Shown here one piece after another: positions 9,576-18,916 of a stretch of DNA of 64,000 nt. The position numbers and the translations under genes are program-made. Every line of letters begins with the position of its first letter. Within the stretch, counting starts at the first letter, position 1. The DNA lies in the IMG/VR virus record IMGVR_UViG_3300020198_001494, positions 31,202-95,201 of that record. One strand, 5' to 3'. This DNA is from a virus. The notes beneath the pieces were generated by a model that worked only from the letters and a program-made list of their open reading frames with translations, did not search any database and was not told where the DNA came from.

Positions 9576-11450
9576 TTACATAATCCTCTCAAATATATTA
9601 CTAATCATAGGCATATATCTAGGTTTAAATTCAAATTTCTCGCCAAACACATCTAAATAATACTGTTCAACAGAAACAACATGAATATCTCTCAATTTAA
9701 CTGAAATAGTATTACGTATGTGCCAGTCTGTAACAAATTTTACGGACAGATTAGCCATATACATCTGTTCTGTAGTATTATCTTCATAAACTTGTTCTGA
9801 CTCACCTTGCATAGATACTTCCTCTAATGCCAGCCCCTCAGAATCAAACATTTGCTTTTTAGACAAGAGGAACATATAAGTGAGATCTGCTATTTCTTCC
9901 TGCTGAATAGGGTCTAATGCAACAGCCGTAACATCAAATGATAAATTAAACTTTCCACCAAACTCATCTGCTACCACATCTCTTTTATCAAAAACTATAA
10001 CCATTTGTTTATCGCCTTTAGTAAGCCTTTTACCAAAGGATAAAATTACACCCGGTATAACCTCATTATTATATTGGTAAGGTTTTATCTCAAACGGTCC
10101 TAATGTATTTTGAACGTACATATAACTTGCTGTTACTATATCATTTTCTTGTGGTAATAAATTAAAAGAAATTTCATTTGTTGTACTATCAAAAGAAAAA
10201 TCTCCAGATTCTTTACTTAATAAGTGTCCATTAAATCTAACTTCAAGAGTTTTTGAAAGTATATTAGTATCTGATAGTTTATAACTTCCCTCAATGGCAA
10301 AAACTTCTGATACTGGTACATTATCTCTAACGGTAGTGTTATAATATAAATATGTTGCTAGCAAGCCTCTATTCGGCAGCAATTTTCTAGAAAAATTGAC
10401 TCTTTTCCTGTTTTCTACACTGAAAGTTAAACTCTGTCTTGGGGCGTATTTTTCTAAAGATTCACTTCTAAATATTGGAACATGATCTAAATAAATTTCT
10501 ATGGATGATTCTAAAGGTTTTTCATCTGGTAACTCTATGTATGTTTCAAACCCAGATGTATTTTTCTTTAAAATTTTTCTAGTTACTTGAGAAAAAAATG
10601 TCCACTCTGTACCAGCAATTAAAAGTCTGTTAAGAGATTTAGATAGTATATGAAATGCTCCCGGTCCCGGCTTTTTTAAAAATGTAACTGTTTTTTTAAT
10701 GCTATCATAAGTATAATAATCTTTTCCAAGAATAGTTTCGTCTACTATAAGACTAAAGTCATCATCAGCCACATCCATATTAAAAAATATGTAAGTTCCC
10801 TTAGCTGTCCCATAAGTCAGTGGGACACTATTTTTAGTAATCAATGGATCTACTACAAAATGAGATTCATCTACCATCTCTACGCCATAGTATCCGGCTA
10901 ATGCTAAGGCTCTATATCTGTATCTAGCAGTAACAACAGACCCTAAAGGTGGAGGTATTGTTAACTTCACTACTCCTGTTAATCCATCTATATAAGAAAC
11001 GTGTGATTCTCTTCCATCTACCTTTATTTCTATAGAATTCATATCTGGTTTAGTTAAAATAACACTCTCACCATCATTATCTACAGAAACTACCGGTTTT
11101 TTAGATAACTGAAAAGATATATTAGTGCCTAATACTTGATTAGAAAGATCCTCTCTAACCAATGGAAACATATTTTTAGTATCTTCTCTGACCCACTCTA
11201 TAGACTGACCGGGGAAATCTGCTACATTAACTAAAGCCACATGTGAAAGAACTCTGCCGACGTAGTTATTAGCATCAAGCTTAACTTGATCGGCAGAGCT
11301 ACTTTTTACTACTAATCCATACTTTGTTTGCTCATCATAAGGGAACTTATTAGATACCCTTACTTTACTATAAATAGGATGAGTTTTAAAAGACTCCTCT
11401 AGTTCGTAGATAAGCCTCCGCTTGACTGAATTAGTAAGCTGAAAGTAAAT
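9576..11450 (-). CDS. Tail completion/terminator-like structural protein with inserted beta domains; probable non-canonical ATT start
   Basis: The frame stays open 70 codons upstream of the called GTG at 11240 (IYFQLTNSVKRRLIYELEESF...). GGAGG lies 9 nt before ATT 11450. Contains the EDLSNQV.G beta domain also seen in the sheath. Confidence 0.55.
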   Translation of the reverse strand: MYFQLTNSVKRRLIYELEESFKTHPIYSKVRVSNKFPYDEQTKYGLVVKSSSADQVKLDANNYVGRVLSHVALVNVADFPGQSIEWVREDTKNMFPLVREDLSNQVLGTNISFQLSKKPVVSVDNDGESVILTKPDMNSIEIKVDGRESHVSYIDGLTGVVKLTIPPPLGSVVTARYRYRALALAGYYGVEMVDESHFVVDPLITKNSVPLTYGTAKGTYIFFNMDVADDDFSLIVDETILGKDYYTYDSIKKTVTFLKKPGPGAFHILSKSLNRLLIAGTEWTFFSQVTRKILKKNTSGFETYIELPDEKPLESSIEIYLDHVPIFRSESLEKYAPRQSLTFSVENRKRVNFSRKLLPNRGLLATYLYYNTTVRDNVPVSEVFAIEGSYKLSDTNILSKTLEVRFNGHLLSKESGDFSFDSTTNEISFNLLPQENDIVTASYMYVQNTLGPFEIKPYQYNNEVIPGVILSFGKRLTKGDKQMVIVFDKRDVVADEFGGKFNLSFDVTAVALDPIQQEEIADLTYMFLLSKKQMFDSEGLALEEVSMQGESEQVYEDNTTEQMYMANLSVKFVTDWHIRNTISVKLRDIHVVSVEQYYLDVFGEKFEFKPRYMPMISNIFERIM

Positions 11451-11454
11451 ATGA

Positions 11455-12015
11455 TTAATCCTCCACTTTTTCAGTATTACATTTAACTAAAGAATGTGGG
11501 CAATATCCAAAATGTCCTAAAGAAAAATTACAATTCATACATAAAACTCTTAATCCAATATCTATAGGAAAGTTATTTTTCTTTAGCCATTCATAAAAAG
11601 ATCCACCAACTTTATTTTTACCAAAAATAGTTTTTCTATGTTTTGCTCCATCATTATTAACATGATCTATAGATAAAAACTCTAAATTAGTTTCACCACA
11701 ACATTTACATATACACCCACCATAAGTATTAAATACTTGTAATTTTAAAGCTAGCCTTTTTGCTCTTTGATTAGAATTAATCCTATCTCTGTTACTATCT
11801 CTCCACTTTCTCGCCCAATCACGACATTTACAACATTTTTTAAAAAAACCTTCTACTTGATTTCCACACTCGCATAAACCATCTTTACGATTACGTTGTT
11901 TTCTTATTGGATCGTAACTATATCTACATAATCTACAATGTGACGATAGTCTACCTTTATAAGTAGAAAAATACTGATCCTCTTTTTCTACTCCGCACTT
12001 AGTACATTTTTTCAA
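11455..12015 (-). CDS. Free-standing HNH homing endonuclease with N-terminal zinc ribbons
   Basis: CKCCG...LSIDHVNNDGAKHR...LRVLCMNCN, plus several CxxC pairs. Confidence 0.8.
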   Translation of the reverse strand: MKKCTKCGVEKEDQYFSTYKGRLSSHCRLCRYSYDPIRKQRNRKDGLCECGNQVEGFFKKCCKCRDWARKWRDSNRDRINSNQRAKRLALKLQVFNTYGGCICKCCGETNLEFLSIDHVNNDGAKHRKTIFGKNKVGGSFYEWLKKNNFPIDIGLRVLCMNCNFSLGHFGYCPHSLVKCNTEKVED

Positions 12016-12038
12016 AACTACACCATAAAAATTTTTAC

Positions 12039-13277
12039 TTATTTCTTTTTATTCTTTTTAGAAGCGGCTTTTACAGCCTCTTGAGAAATTACTTTCTTTT
12101 TTGGTGACTCTTTCTTTGGGGCTGGCTTAAGTTCTGGTTTTTTAGTAATATTATCAAATTTTACACGTTTCGTAGGATCTGAAGCAATACCAATCGCTAC
12201 ATCTTTTAAAAGATCTCTTGATTTCTGACTACCTGGGGTTTTTACCGCCTTTCCTACATCTTTAACACTTTTACCCAAACCAACTTGCTTATCTAAACGT
12301 CTTATAGAAATGTCCTGTTCCGCCCAGTTCTTTCCTAATGATTTAGAAAAATCTGAAGATAGGTTATCTACTCTTTTTCTACTTTTACCTATATTTTTTA
12401 CTTTACTATAATCCTTACTTAGGTCTAAATCAGACTTCTTATTTATCTTCCTCTCTAAAGACTTTCTAGCTACCTTATTACCTTTATTGCAAGAGCAATT
12501 ACCACAACAATTGCCACTACCACAATTATTACCGCAATTAGCACAAATAACCATAGCTAACTTTGGATTCTGTGTACGAATATTATTAAGCATAGCTTTT
12601 CTAGCTACTACAGGCATAAACTCATCTAAAGTTTTACCAGTATCCATCTCAGGAGTAAAGTTAGCGGCATTGCCTGTATAAGTGGTAACACCGTCTTCAT
12701 GGGATAAATACTGTTTTTTATACCAATGTAAGCCTTTATTACTGTCTAGATTGTCTTGAATGAAAGTACCGGAATTCTTATGCTCACCGATAGTGTCTTC
12801 GATACCAGGATGAAGCTGACTGGCTAACTTGATTAAATCTTGAGCTACCTTTAGTAACTTACTATCAACATTTTTTCTAGAAGCTTTCTTAGATACCTTA
12901 TTCTGCATAGCTTTTCTAGCTATCATAGGCTGTCTAGGAGCAGAGCCTCCAGAATAAAGTTCCTGAACTTTTTGATCTACAGTTTTCGGATAAAAATCAG
13001 AATTATGTGTCTGATCACCATAAACATTCATGGCGTCACTGGTGGCTTCCTCTATTGAAGGAGTATAAAACTCATCCTCTGGAATCTCAGCACCATGCTG
13101 TTGTGGTAGATACTGTTGACGATACCAACTATATGTCTTATTGATATCAATATTATCTTGTACTTTTTCACCAGAGTTGATATGTGCGCCAATCTGGTCT
13201 TCAATACCAGGAGCCAAAAGGCTGGCTAATTTTGCTAACTCTGAAGCCATCTCTAATTTTTCGGATCTCTTTGACAT
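12039..13277 (-). CDS. Putative internal head (poly)protein with duplicated domain and Cys-rich segment
   Basis: Two copies of KLAS.L.PGIED.IG.H.NSG..QDN.D.NK..WY..QYL. Repeated ARKA/ARKS motifs, the segment CANCGNNCGSGNCCGNCSC, and a basic tail. Confidence 0.5.
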   Translation of the reverse strand: MSKRSEKLEMASELAKLASLLAPGIEDQIGAHINSGEKVQDNIDINKTYSWYRQQYLPQQHGAEIPEDEFYTPSIEEATSDAMNVYGDQTHNSDFYPKTVDQKVQELYSGGSAPRQPMIARKAMQNKVSKKASRKNVDSKLLKVAQDLIKLASQLHPGIEDTIGEHKNSGTFIQDNLDSNKGLHWYKKQYLSHEDGVTTYTGNAANFTPEMDTGKTLDEFMPVVARKAMLNNIRTQNPKLAMVICANCGNNCGSGNCCGNCSCNKGNKVARKSLERKINKKSDLDLSKDYSKVKNIGKSRKRVDNLSSDFSKSLGKNWAEQDISIRRLDKQVGLGKSVKDVGKAVKTPGSQKSRDLLKDVAIGIASDPTKRVKFDNITKKPELKPAPKKESPKKKVISQEAVKAASKKNKKK

Positions 13278-13377
13278 CTAATAACCCTCTAATACTTGTT
13301 AAAAGCACCTTGGCTTTGTGGTAGATATGAAAAACCTAACATACAATAACAAATAACTATTAATAAATTAAAAAATT

Positions 13378-14775
13378 CTACTCTATAACCTTAATAATTG
13401 GAATCATATCAACGATAAAGGATCTTCTTGATCTATTAAAATCATTAGTAAGTTTATCTTCTAAATCATATGCATCGTCTTCCATTTGTTTTTTACGTAA
13501 TCTTTCTCTCTGACGTTTTTCAGCTTTCTCTAACTCTTTACGCCTTCTTTCATCCTCTTTCTTTATACTGTTATACTCTTTTAACCTTCTCGCTTCTTCT
13601 CTGGCTTTATTGATTTCTTCACGTCTTTTACGTTTAGACTCCTCTAAATCTCGCCTAGTTTTAACACTGCTTTCTAAATCTTTATCTTTTTCTTGCTGCT
13701 TATTTTGTAATCTCTGTTTTTCATCTTTGATAGAATCTGGCTCATCTTTATTATCAGACTCCTCTACTGTGAATTTCTTCTCGGTTTTCCTCTTAGGCTT
13801 TTCTGTCCTCTTGATATCTTCCTCATCTTCTCTAACTTTTATAACCTTTTGCTCAAGCTCACCCTCTGGGGAATCTTTTAAATCTCTAAGGAATGGAGAT
13901 TTTCTCTCTTCGTCTTCTTTTAGCTCTGATCTTTCCAAAGATTCTAAAGGCTCTTCCTTACCTTCCTCAACAGTAAATGGTTTTGTTGGTATTGGTTCTG
14001 GAAGCTCCTCTGGCTCCTCTTTTATCTCAATCTCTTTACCAACATCAGTCTCTTTTACTTCAGCTAAATCTTCCTCACCTGGACGCATTGGAATAGGTCT
14101 TTCATTTAAATCAGCAAGATCATCCGGAGTAAGTATATCCTCTACTTCTTCTACTTTAGTTACTGGCTCTTTTTCTTCCTCTAGAAACTCATCAGTAAAT
14201 GGACCTTTTTCAATAGGCTCTTTTTCTTCAATCTCTGGTTCAAACTCTTCTGGTTTTTTAGCAGTATCCCAATCCATTTTATTTAGCATTCTACGTAATG
14301 CCACATAAACATGCTTACAAACTAAATTCTTTCCAGCAGGATCTCTTTTATTAGGAGCTACCAAAAGTCCTCTTGGTGGGTTACCTGGGCTTGTATAAAG
14401 AGCACCATCGTTATATAAATGATACTGACTACCGTAATATAGAAAAGCTGGACAACTACAATTCACTTTAGCCCTAATGTCATGCTTATCGAAAACAGTA
14501 TTTGGATCGTCTAATAATTGAACGTTCACAGTATGTCCAGACGGATCGGAGTAATATTCACCACACCTAACATCCCAAGACCAAACACCACTACTTTGAT
14601 TAATTTTCTGTAATGCTGTTGTACAGTTATATGACTTATTTTTAAATTCAGAATTACTATTAGCTAATTCATCTAAAGATAAATAAGCTATTTTAATGTT
14701 TTTTAAATAAACGTCTCCTATCTTTACTATAACACCTAGTAAAGTTTCTGTTTTTACCGCGTATCTAAAAAACAC
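13378..14775 (-). CDS. SWIM zinc-finger protein with long acidic Glu/Pro region and charged coiled coil
   Basis: VNCSCPAF...LVCKHV matches the SWIM CxCx(n)CxH pattern; followed by an E/K/P-rich region. Confidence 0.7.
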   Translation of the reverse strand: MFFRYAVKTETLLGVIVKIGDVYLKNIKIAYLSLDELANSNSEFKNKSYNCTTALQKINQSSGVWSWDVRCGEYYSDPSGHTVNVQLLDDPNTVFDKHDIRAKVNCSCPAFLYYGSQYHLYNDGALYTSPGNPPRGLLVAPNKRDPAGKNLVCKHVYVALRRMLNKMDWDTAKKPEEFEPEIEEKEPIEKGPFTDEFLEEEKEPVTKVEEVEDILTPDDLADLNERPIPMRPGEEDLAEVKETDVGKEIEIKEEPEELPEPIPTKPFTVEEGKEEPLESLERSELKEDEERKSPFLRDLKDSPEGELEQKVIKVREDEEDIKRTEKPKRKTEKKFTVEESDNKDEPDSIKDEKQRLQNKQQEKDKDLESSVKTRRDLEESKRKRREEINKAREEARRLKEYNSIKKEDERRRKELEKAEKRQRERLRKKQMEDDAYDLEDKLTNDFNRSRRSFIVDMIPIIKVIE

Positions 14776-14776
14776 T

Positions 14777-15787
14777 TTATGACTCTAGCAAAGCTCCTAC
14801 TAATAGTCCTCTAGCAATAGCTGTTAGAGGTTCTTTAGCTAATTTTATATCACTCACTTTAAATGGAAATTTAGATTTATATTCATTAAATGTTTTTATA
14901 AAAAGATCAACAAACCCAGGAGCCATCGTTGTACCACCGGCTAATACTATTGGAATTGAATCAGGTATCTCAGCTTGTACTTTTTTCATTTCTAATAACA
15001 TCAAATCTAATGATTTCGATATCATAGCCTGGTAATAAAATGCTATGGCCTCTTCCTCTTTTGTTGCAAAAGAGGAAGAATTAAGATTAACTCCCTTCTC
15101 TTTAATAGCTTGTATTCTAGTTGCTGTGCTGCTAACTGCTTTGCCACTATTAGTGTCTATCCAATCGCCTCCGAGTTGTATACTGAACTGTAGTAAAGGC
15201 ATTGTCATATAACTAAGACAGAAATTAAACATTCCTGCCCCTATAGAAATAGAAATACCTGTAAAATTAGTATCTTTAAGCTCTGAGTAGCATATAGCAA
15301 GAGCCTCGTTCATAGGAACCGGGTTAAATCCCAAACCTTGTATTATATTATAAAATACTTTCTCGTGATATATATTATTTACACTCTTATCATCAACTGG
15401 ATTAGCTGGAACAGAATAAAAAACCTGTTCACCACTTACAACTGGTTTACCTAAAAGACTTCTTACCATAGCAGTAAGTATTTCTCCAGAAGTATTTAAC
15501 TCCTCTGGGGAAATAATACCTTTACTTAGCGGCCTCCTAGCTTCTCTCTTAAGCAAATTAGCAAAATTTATAGCTTCCTCACCAATTACATAAAGCTCAT
15601 TATCTTTCTCGATAGTAAGAGCGCCTGTCATTTTTATTGTATTTTTAACAAAAGACTCGTTAGATATATCTATAAAAGCATCACGCATTCTACCTATAAC
15701 AATATTACCGTCTTTACTTTTTGCTGCGGAAATAAGATTAGACGTACCTACGTCTAGCCCTCTACCAGGTATAAAATCTGAAGACAC
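14777..15787 (-). CDS. Actin-like ATPase (MreB/MamK-like)
   Basis: Phosphate-1 GLDVGTS, then IGEEA...RPLSKGII, VFYSVP, NEALA, phosphate-2 SIGAGM, GGDWID, adenosine IVLAGG and connect-2 EPLTAIARG. Confidence 0.88.
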   Translation of the reverse strand: MSSDFIPGRGLDVGTSNLISAAKSKDGNIVIGRMRDAFIDISNESFVKNTIKMTGALTIEKDNELYVIGEEAINFANLLKREARRPLSKGIISPEELNTSGEILTAMVRSLLGKPVVSGEQVFYSVPANPVDDKSVNNIYHEKVFYNIIQGLGFNPVPMNEALAICYSELKDTNFTGISISIGAGMFNFCLSYMTMPLLQFSIQLGGDWIDTNSGKAVSSTATRIQAIKEKGVNLNSSSFATKEEEAIAFYYQAMISKSLDLMLLEMKKVQAEIPDSIPIVLAGGTTMAPGFVDLFIKTFNEYKSKFPFKVSDIKLAKEPLTAIARGLLVGALLES

Positions 15788-15797
15788 GAAAAACCAC

Positions 15798-16352
15798 CTA
15801 CTTCTTTTTTATCTTTTTAATTGCTTTAACAGCAGAATCAGTATCTATAATGGATCCAGAGCTTTCTTGTTTTACTGAGCCTATATCGGGTACATTATCT
15901 GTTTTAATCTTAGGAACGAATACAGGAGCGTCTAAAGAAATACCGCCACTATTATCAAGAGGTGCTGAAGGTTTAGCATTTTGTTGTAATGGGGCATGAA
16001 CATTATCTACTTTATTTCTCAAACCTACTAATTGATTAAATACTTCCTCAATTATTCCCGCTAGTCTACCTACTTGAGCTTTTAAATCTTCAAACTCCGA
16101 AACACTAACTGCCGGAGTATTAGATACATTAACTTTAGATGGTGGTTTAGGTCCAATCCTTCTATTGGGATCTGACATAGCCTGTCTTAATTCTGCGCCA
16201 GATACCTCAACTAACCAATGCTTCAGAATAGCTTCTTTAACCATTGGATTACTAATCTGATCGTCATCTAGCCAATTTATGTCGCCGTATTTCCAAATAT
16301 GCCCTGTTTCTAAATCCATTATACCGTGTACTGTAGATCTATATGAAATCAC
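15798..16352 (-). CDS. Hypothetical protein, candidate actin partner
   Basis: Small N-terminal domain, coiled coil (FEDLKAQVGRLAGIIEEVFNQL), disordered linker and basic C-terminal helix. Ends 10 nt upstream of the actin gene. Confidence 0.45.
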   Translation of the reverse strand: MISYRSTVHGIMDLETGHIWKYGDINWLDDDQISNPMVKEAILKHWLVEVSGAELRQAMSDPNRRIGPKPPSKVNVSNTPAVSVSEFEDLKAQVGRLAGIIEEVFNQLVGLRNKVDNVHAPLQQNAKPSAPLDNSGGISLDAPVFVPKIKTDNVPDIGSVKQESSGSIIDTDSAVKAIKKIKKK

Positions 16353-16386
16353 AAATTAAATCCTCCGTCACATATAAATAAATTAT

Positions 16387-17295
16387 TTATAATCTACTCT
16401 TTATTAAAATTTCAATACATTTATATAACTCCTCATATAAAGGAGAAAAATCAAAAACATTAAAATCTATATTATCATCCTCACTAACAGTATCGTCTAT
16501 TTTTTTAGATATCTTTTTAGTTCCCCATTTTTTATTTAAAACTTTTTCTCTTTCCTCTTTCCAAGAGACTTTTCTACTGCCCCACACTGACACAGTACCT
16601 CTTGCTACTATACGGTTATTATTACCCCATACAGAAGCCTTTCCTGGCACAATAGGAACCTTTTTAGTACCCCATTTTTTTAACCTACCTGGTGGTTTAA
16701 TAACCGTTCTTGTACCACTAACTAAAACCTTACCTTTTTCAATTTTATCTTGCTCTCTTTTTTTTCTAAACTCTTCTGGTGTCTCAATCCTGCCTCTAAC
16801 CCTATTTTTAGGGGTAATTCCTTTCATATACAAAATATCTCTCTCTATAGCATCTATCTGCTCAACTCTTTCTTTACTATTTATCAACCCCTTTCTGTAT
16901 AAATTCTCTACCTCATCTTTTCTAGCATTTAAGCTACCACTAATACGCTTATCTTTACTTGAAACCCTTCCGTACCTACTTAAAACGTCTCTCTGATCTT
17001 TCCCAACACTTCTTTTAGACTTTTTAGTAGGTGTTTTAAATTTAATATCAAAACCTACTTCAAATTTTTGACTACTTTCTGTATTTAACACAATTCTAGT
17101 AAATACACTAATGTTAAGTAAACTTTTTACGTATTCTTTATCCCCAGAAAAATTTTTTGTTCTTTCTATAACTCTAAACGCAAGCATTTTTAATCTATTT
17201 GAGGACATAGTATTAAATGTTTTTCTAAGATCATGATCAGATAAAGCGTCAATTAATAAATCTTCAAGGCTACCCTCTATTTTTATATCAAGCAT
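16387..17295 (-). CDS. Basic virion morphogenesis-type protein
   Basis: Very K/R-rich, follows the neck genes, and has repeated KKWGTKK and SVWG motifs. Confidence 0.35.
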   Translation of the reverse strand: MLDIKIEGSLEDLLIDALSDHDLRKTFNTMSSNRLKMLAFRVIERTKNFSGDKEYVKSLLNISVFTRIVLNTESSQKFEVGFDIKFKTPTKKSKRSVGKDQRDVLSRYGRVSSKDKRISGSLNARKDEVENLYRKGLINSKERVEQIDAIERDILYMKGITPKNRVRGRIETPEEFRKKREQDKIEKGKVLVSGTRTVIKPPGRLKKWGTKKVPIVPGKASVWGNNNRIVARGTVSVWGSRKVSWKEEREKVLNKKWGTKKISKKIDDTVSEDDNIDFNVFDFSPLYEELYKCIEILIKSRL

Positions 17296-17299
17296 AAAA

Positions 17300-18508
17300 C
17301 TACAGTATTTCCTCCCACACCTTCTTTCTTGCTGCTATTTGCTCTTTCGTAGGAGGTGTAGGAGGATTTGCATTTGGTGGAATTACTAGTTTACCGTCAA
17401 GTGGTACAAAATATCTTATATCCTTAGTCTGTATTAATGATAAAGAAAACTGTTGTTGTAGTGGAGTTCCCCCTACAACAGATAAACTAACTGCACCCAC
17501 TGCAAACCTATCCCCGTTCTTTCTTACAACAAAATCTCTTTGTGAAATTAAGGGGGTTTGTCCAGTCCAAGTATCAAATTGAAAAGTAGGCTTTAATCCT
17601 AAATCAGTAGCTTCTAATGATTTAGGAGCATCTGGGGAAGCAATTGAAATATCATATGGTCCTGTATATCCGCCAACCCATCCAGTACCAAAACATATTT
17701 TGCAATCATTCGTAGACTGTTGATGAGTCGGGTAAAAGGACTCGCACCTATCCCCAGCCCACTTTCTTAAAAAGAGTTTGACCATTTCACCACCTTGTTC
17801 AAGAATGTAACCATTTCTACCCATTGCCTCCTGCCATACAGGATCTACTTCATTTATAACATCTGAGTTTATCGCTATACAAGCATCTAAAGGTGTTTCT
17901 TTTAGTCCCTCATCATCTGATCCAACTGTAGTTAATTTATAATAAACACGCTTGTTAAGCGATATGGATACATAATTTGAATTATAATAATACTTACAAA
18001 CTACAGTACTATTTTCACTCGGTAAAAGAGGCTCTATGTTTCTTTTAGTCCTGTGATCATAATATAAAAAAGTATTAAGATAAACATGTCCTTGATGGCC
18101 AAGAACTTTTAAAGGCTTTACTTCAGTACCATCAATAACAACAGAAACATCTCTACCGTTAGTAACTTCAGTATCTACAGCATCATTTATTACCATAGGT
18201 ATATTATCTACCTTAAAAATCCACTCACTATTTGGACTTTTTCCCTTAGTTAAAAACTTAGTAGAAACATCCTCTTGTACTAATGACACCTCATTAGCGT
18301 CTCTATAGTATCCAACGGTTACTGGATTTTTATTTACTCTAATATAAGATCCTTTTGGGTCATCATATGCTCTATAGATATTTACTCCTTTTACTACAAA
18401 AAACCCATTTTCAGGCAGCAACGAAGGGTCATCCCAAGTAAGGTCAAAAGCCCATTGGGTTCCCGGATTATAAAGACCTATATTAACCGGTGATACTGGA
18501 AACGCCAT
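17300..18508 (-). CDS. Neck / head-closure protein
   Basis: C-terminal LFLRKWAGDRC...CKICFGTGWVGGY...RDFVV pattern of large-myophage neck proteins; N-terminal beta domains. Confidence 0.6.
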   Translation of the reverse strand: MAFPVSPVNIGLYNPGTQWAFDLTWDDPSLLPENGFFVVKGVNIYRAYDDPKGSYIRVNKNPVTVGYYRDANEVSLVQEDVSTKFLTKGKSPNSEWIFKVDNIPMVINDAVDTEVTNGRDVSVVIDGTEVKPLKVLGHQGHVYLNTFLYYDHRTKRNIEPLLPSENSTVVCKYYYNSNYVSISLNKRVYYKLTTVGSDDEGLKETPLDACIAINSDVINEVDPVWQEAMGRNGYILEQGGEMVKLFLRKWAGDRCESFYPTHQQSTNDCKICFGTGWVGGYTGPYDISIASPDAPKSLEATDLGLKPTFQFDTWTGQTPLISQRDFVVRKNGDRFAVGAVSLSVVGGTPLQQQFSLSLIQTKDIRYFVPLDGKLVIPPNANPPTPPTKEQIAARKKVWEEIL

Positions 18509-18872
18509 TTACGTTTTCTTGACTTATCTCCCCTGTCATCATATCTATTTCCCAACCACCCTCTTGTGTTGGAATTCCATATTTAAGAGCTAAATCTCTA
18601 GTATACATAGCCTTAGCATTTTTTATTTCAATCAAATTATTAGTGAGAAGTGTTATTCTCTCGTATGTAACACCAACCTCACTTGTAAGATCTTTAATCT
18701 GCATCTCCATTTGAATCAAAGTTTGTAATTCTTCCTTAGATAAAGACTTCTTTGTAGTATTAACTGGAGGGGGAGTTAACTTACCCTCCCTTAATTGATT
18801 TAATAAAACTAATTCTTCTGAAGATAGCTCTACTAAATTCTGACTTACATTTTTTGTTTGTGTTTTAGACAT
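18483..18872 (-). CDS. Small coiled-coil protein (paralogue of 20175-20432)
   Basis: EVGVTYER...KYGIP...WEIDMMTGEI. Confidence 0.5.
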   Translation of the reverse strand: MSKTQTKNVSQNLVELSSEELVLLNQLREGKLTPPPVNTTKKSLSKEELQTLIQMEMQIKDLTSEVGVTYERITLLTNNLIEIKNAKAMYTRDLALKYGIPTQEGGWEIDMMTGEISQENVNGVSSITG

Positions 18873-18916
18873 ATAAATTTAAATTTCTCCTAATATAAAT
18901 AAATAATACTAACTAC

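Noticed and set aside
11455-12038. Group I intron around the HNH gene
   Set aside because: Flanks are too short to hold a ribozyme core and no interrupted host gene is evident; treated as free-standing.
13610-14308. Ser-rich plus-strand ORF, and similar ones at 28617-29399 and 36387-36677
   Set aside because: Reverse-complement artefacts of Glu/Asp/Gly-rich minus-strand genes.
14777-16387. ParMRC-type plasmid partition locus
   Set aside because: No iteron array or ribbon-helix-helix partner is visible, the motifs look more MreB/MamK-like, and the context is virion morphogenesis.
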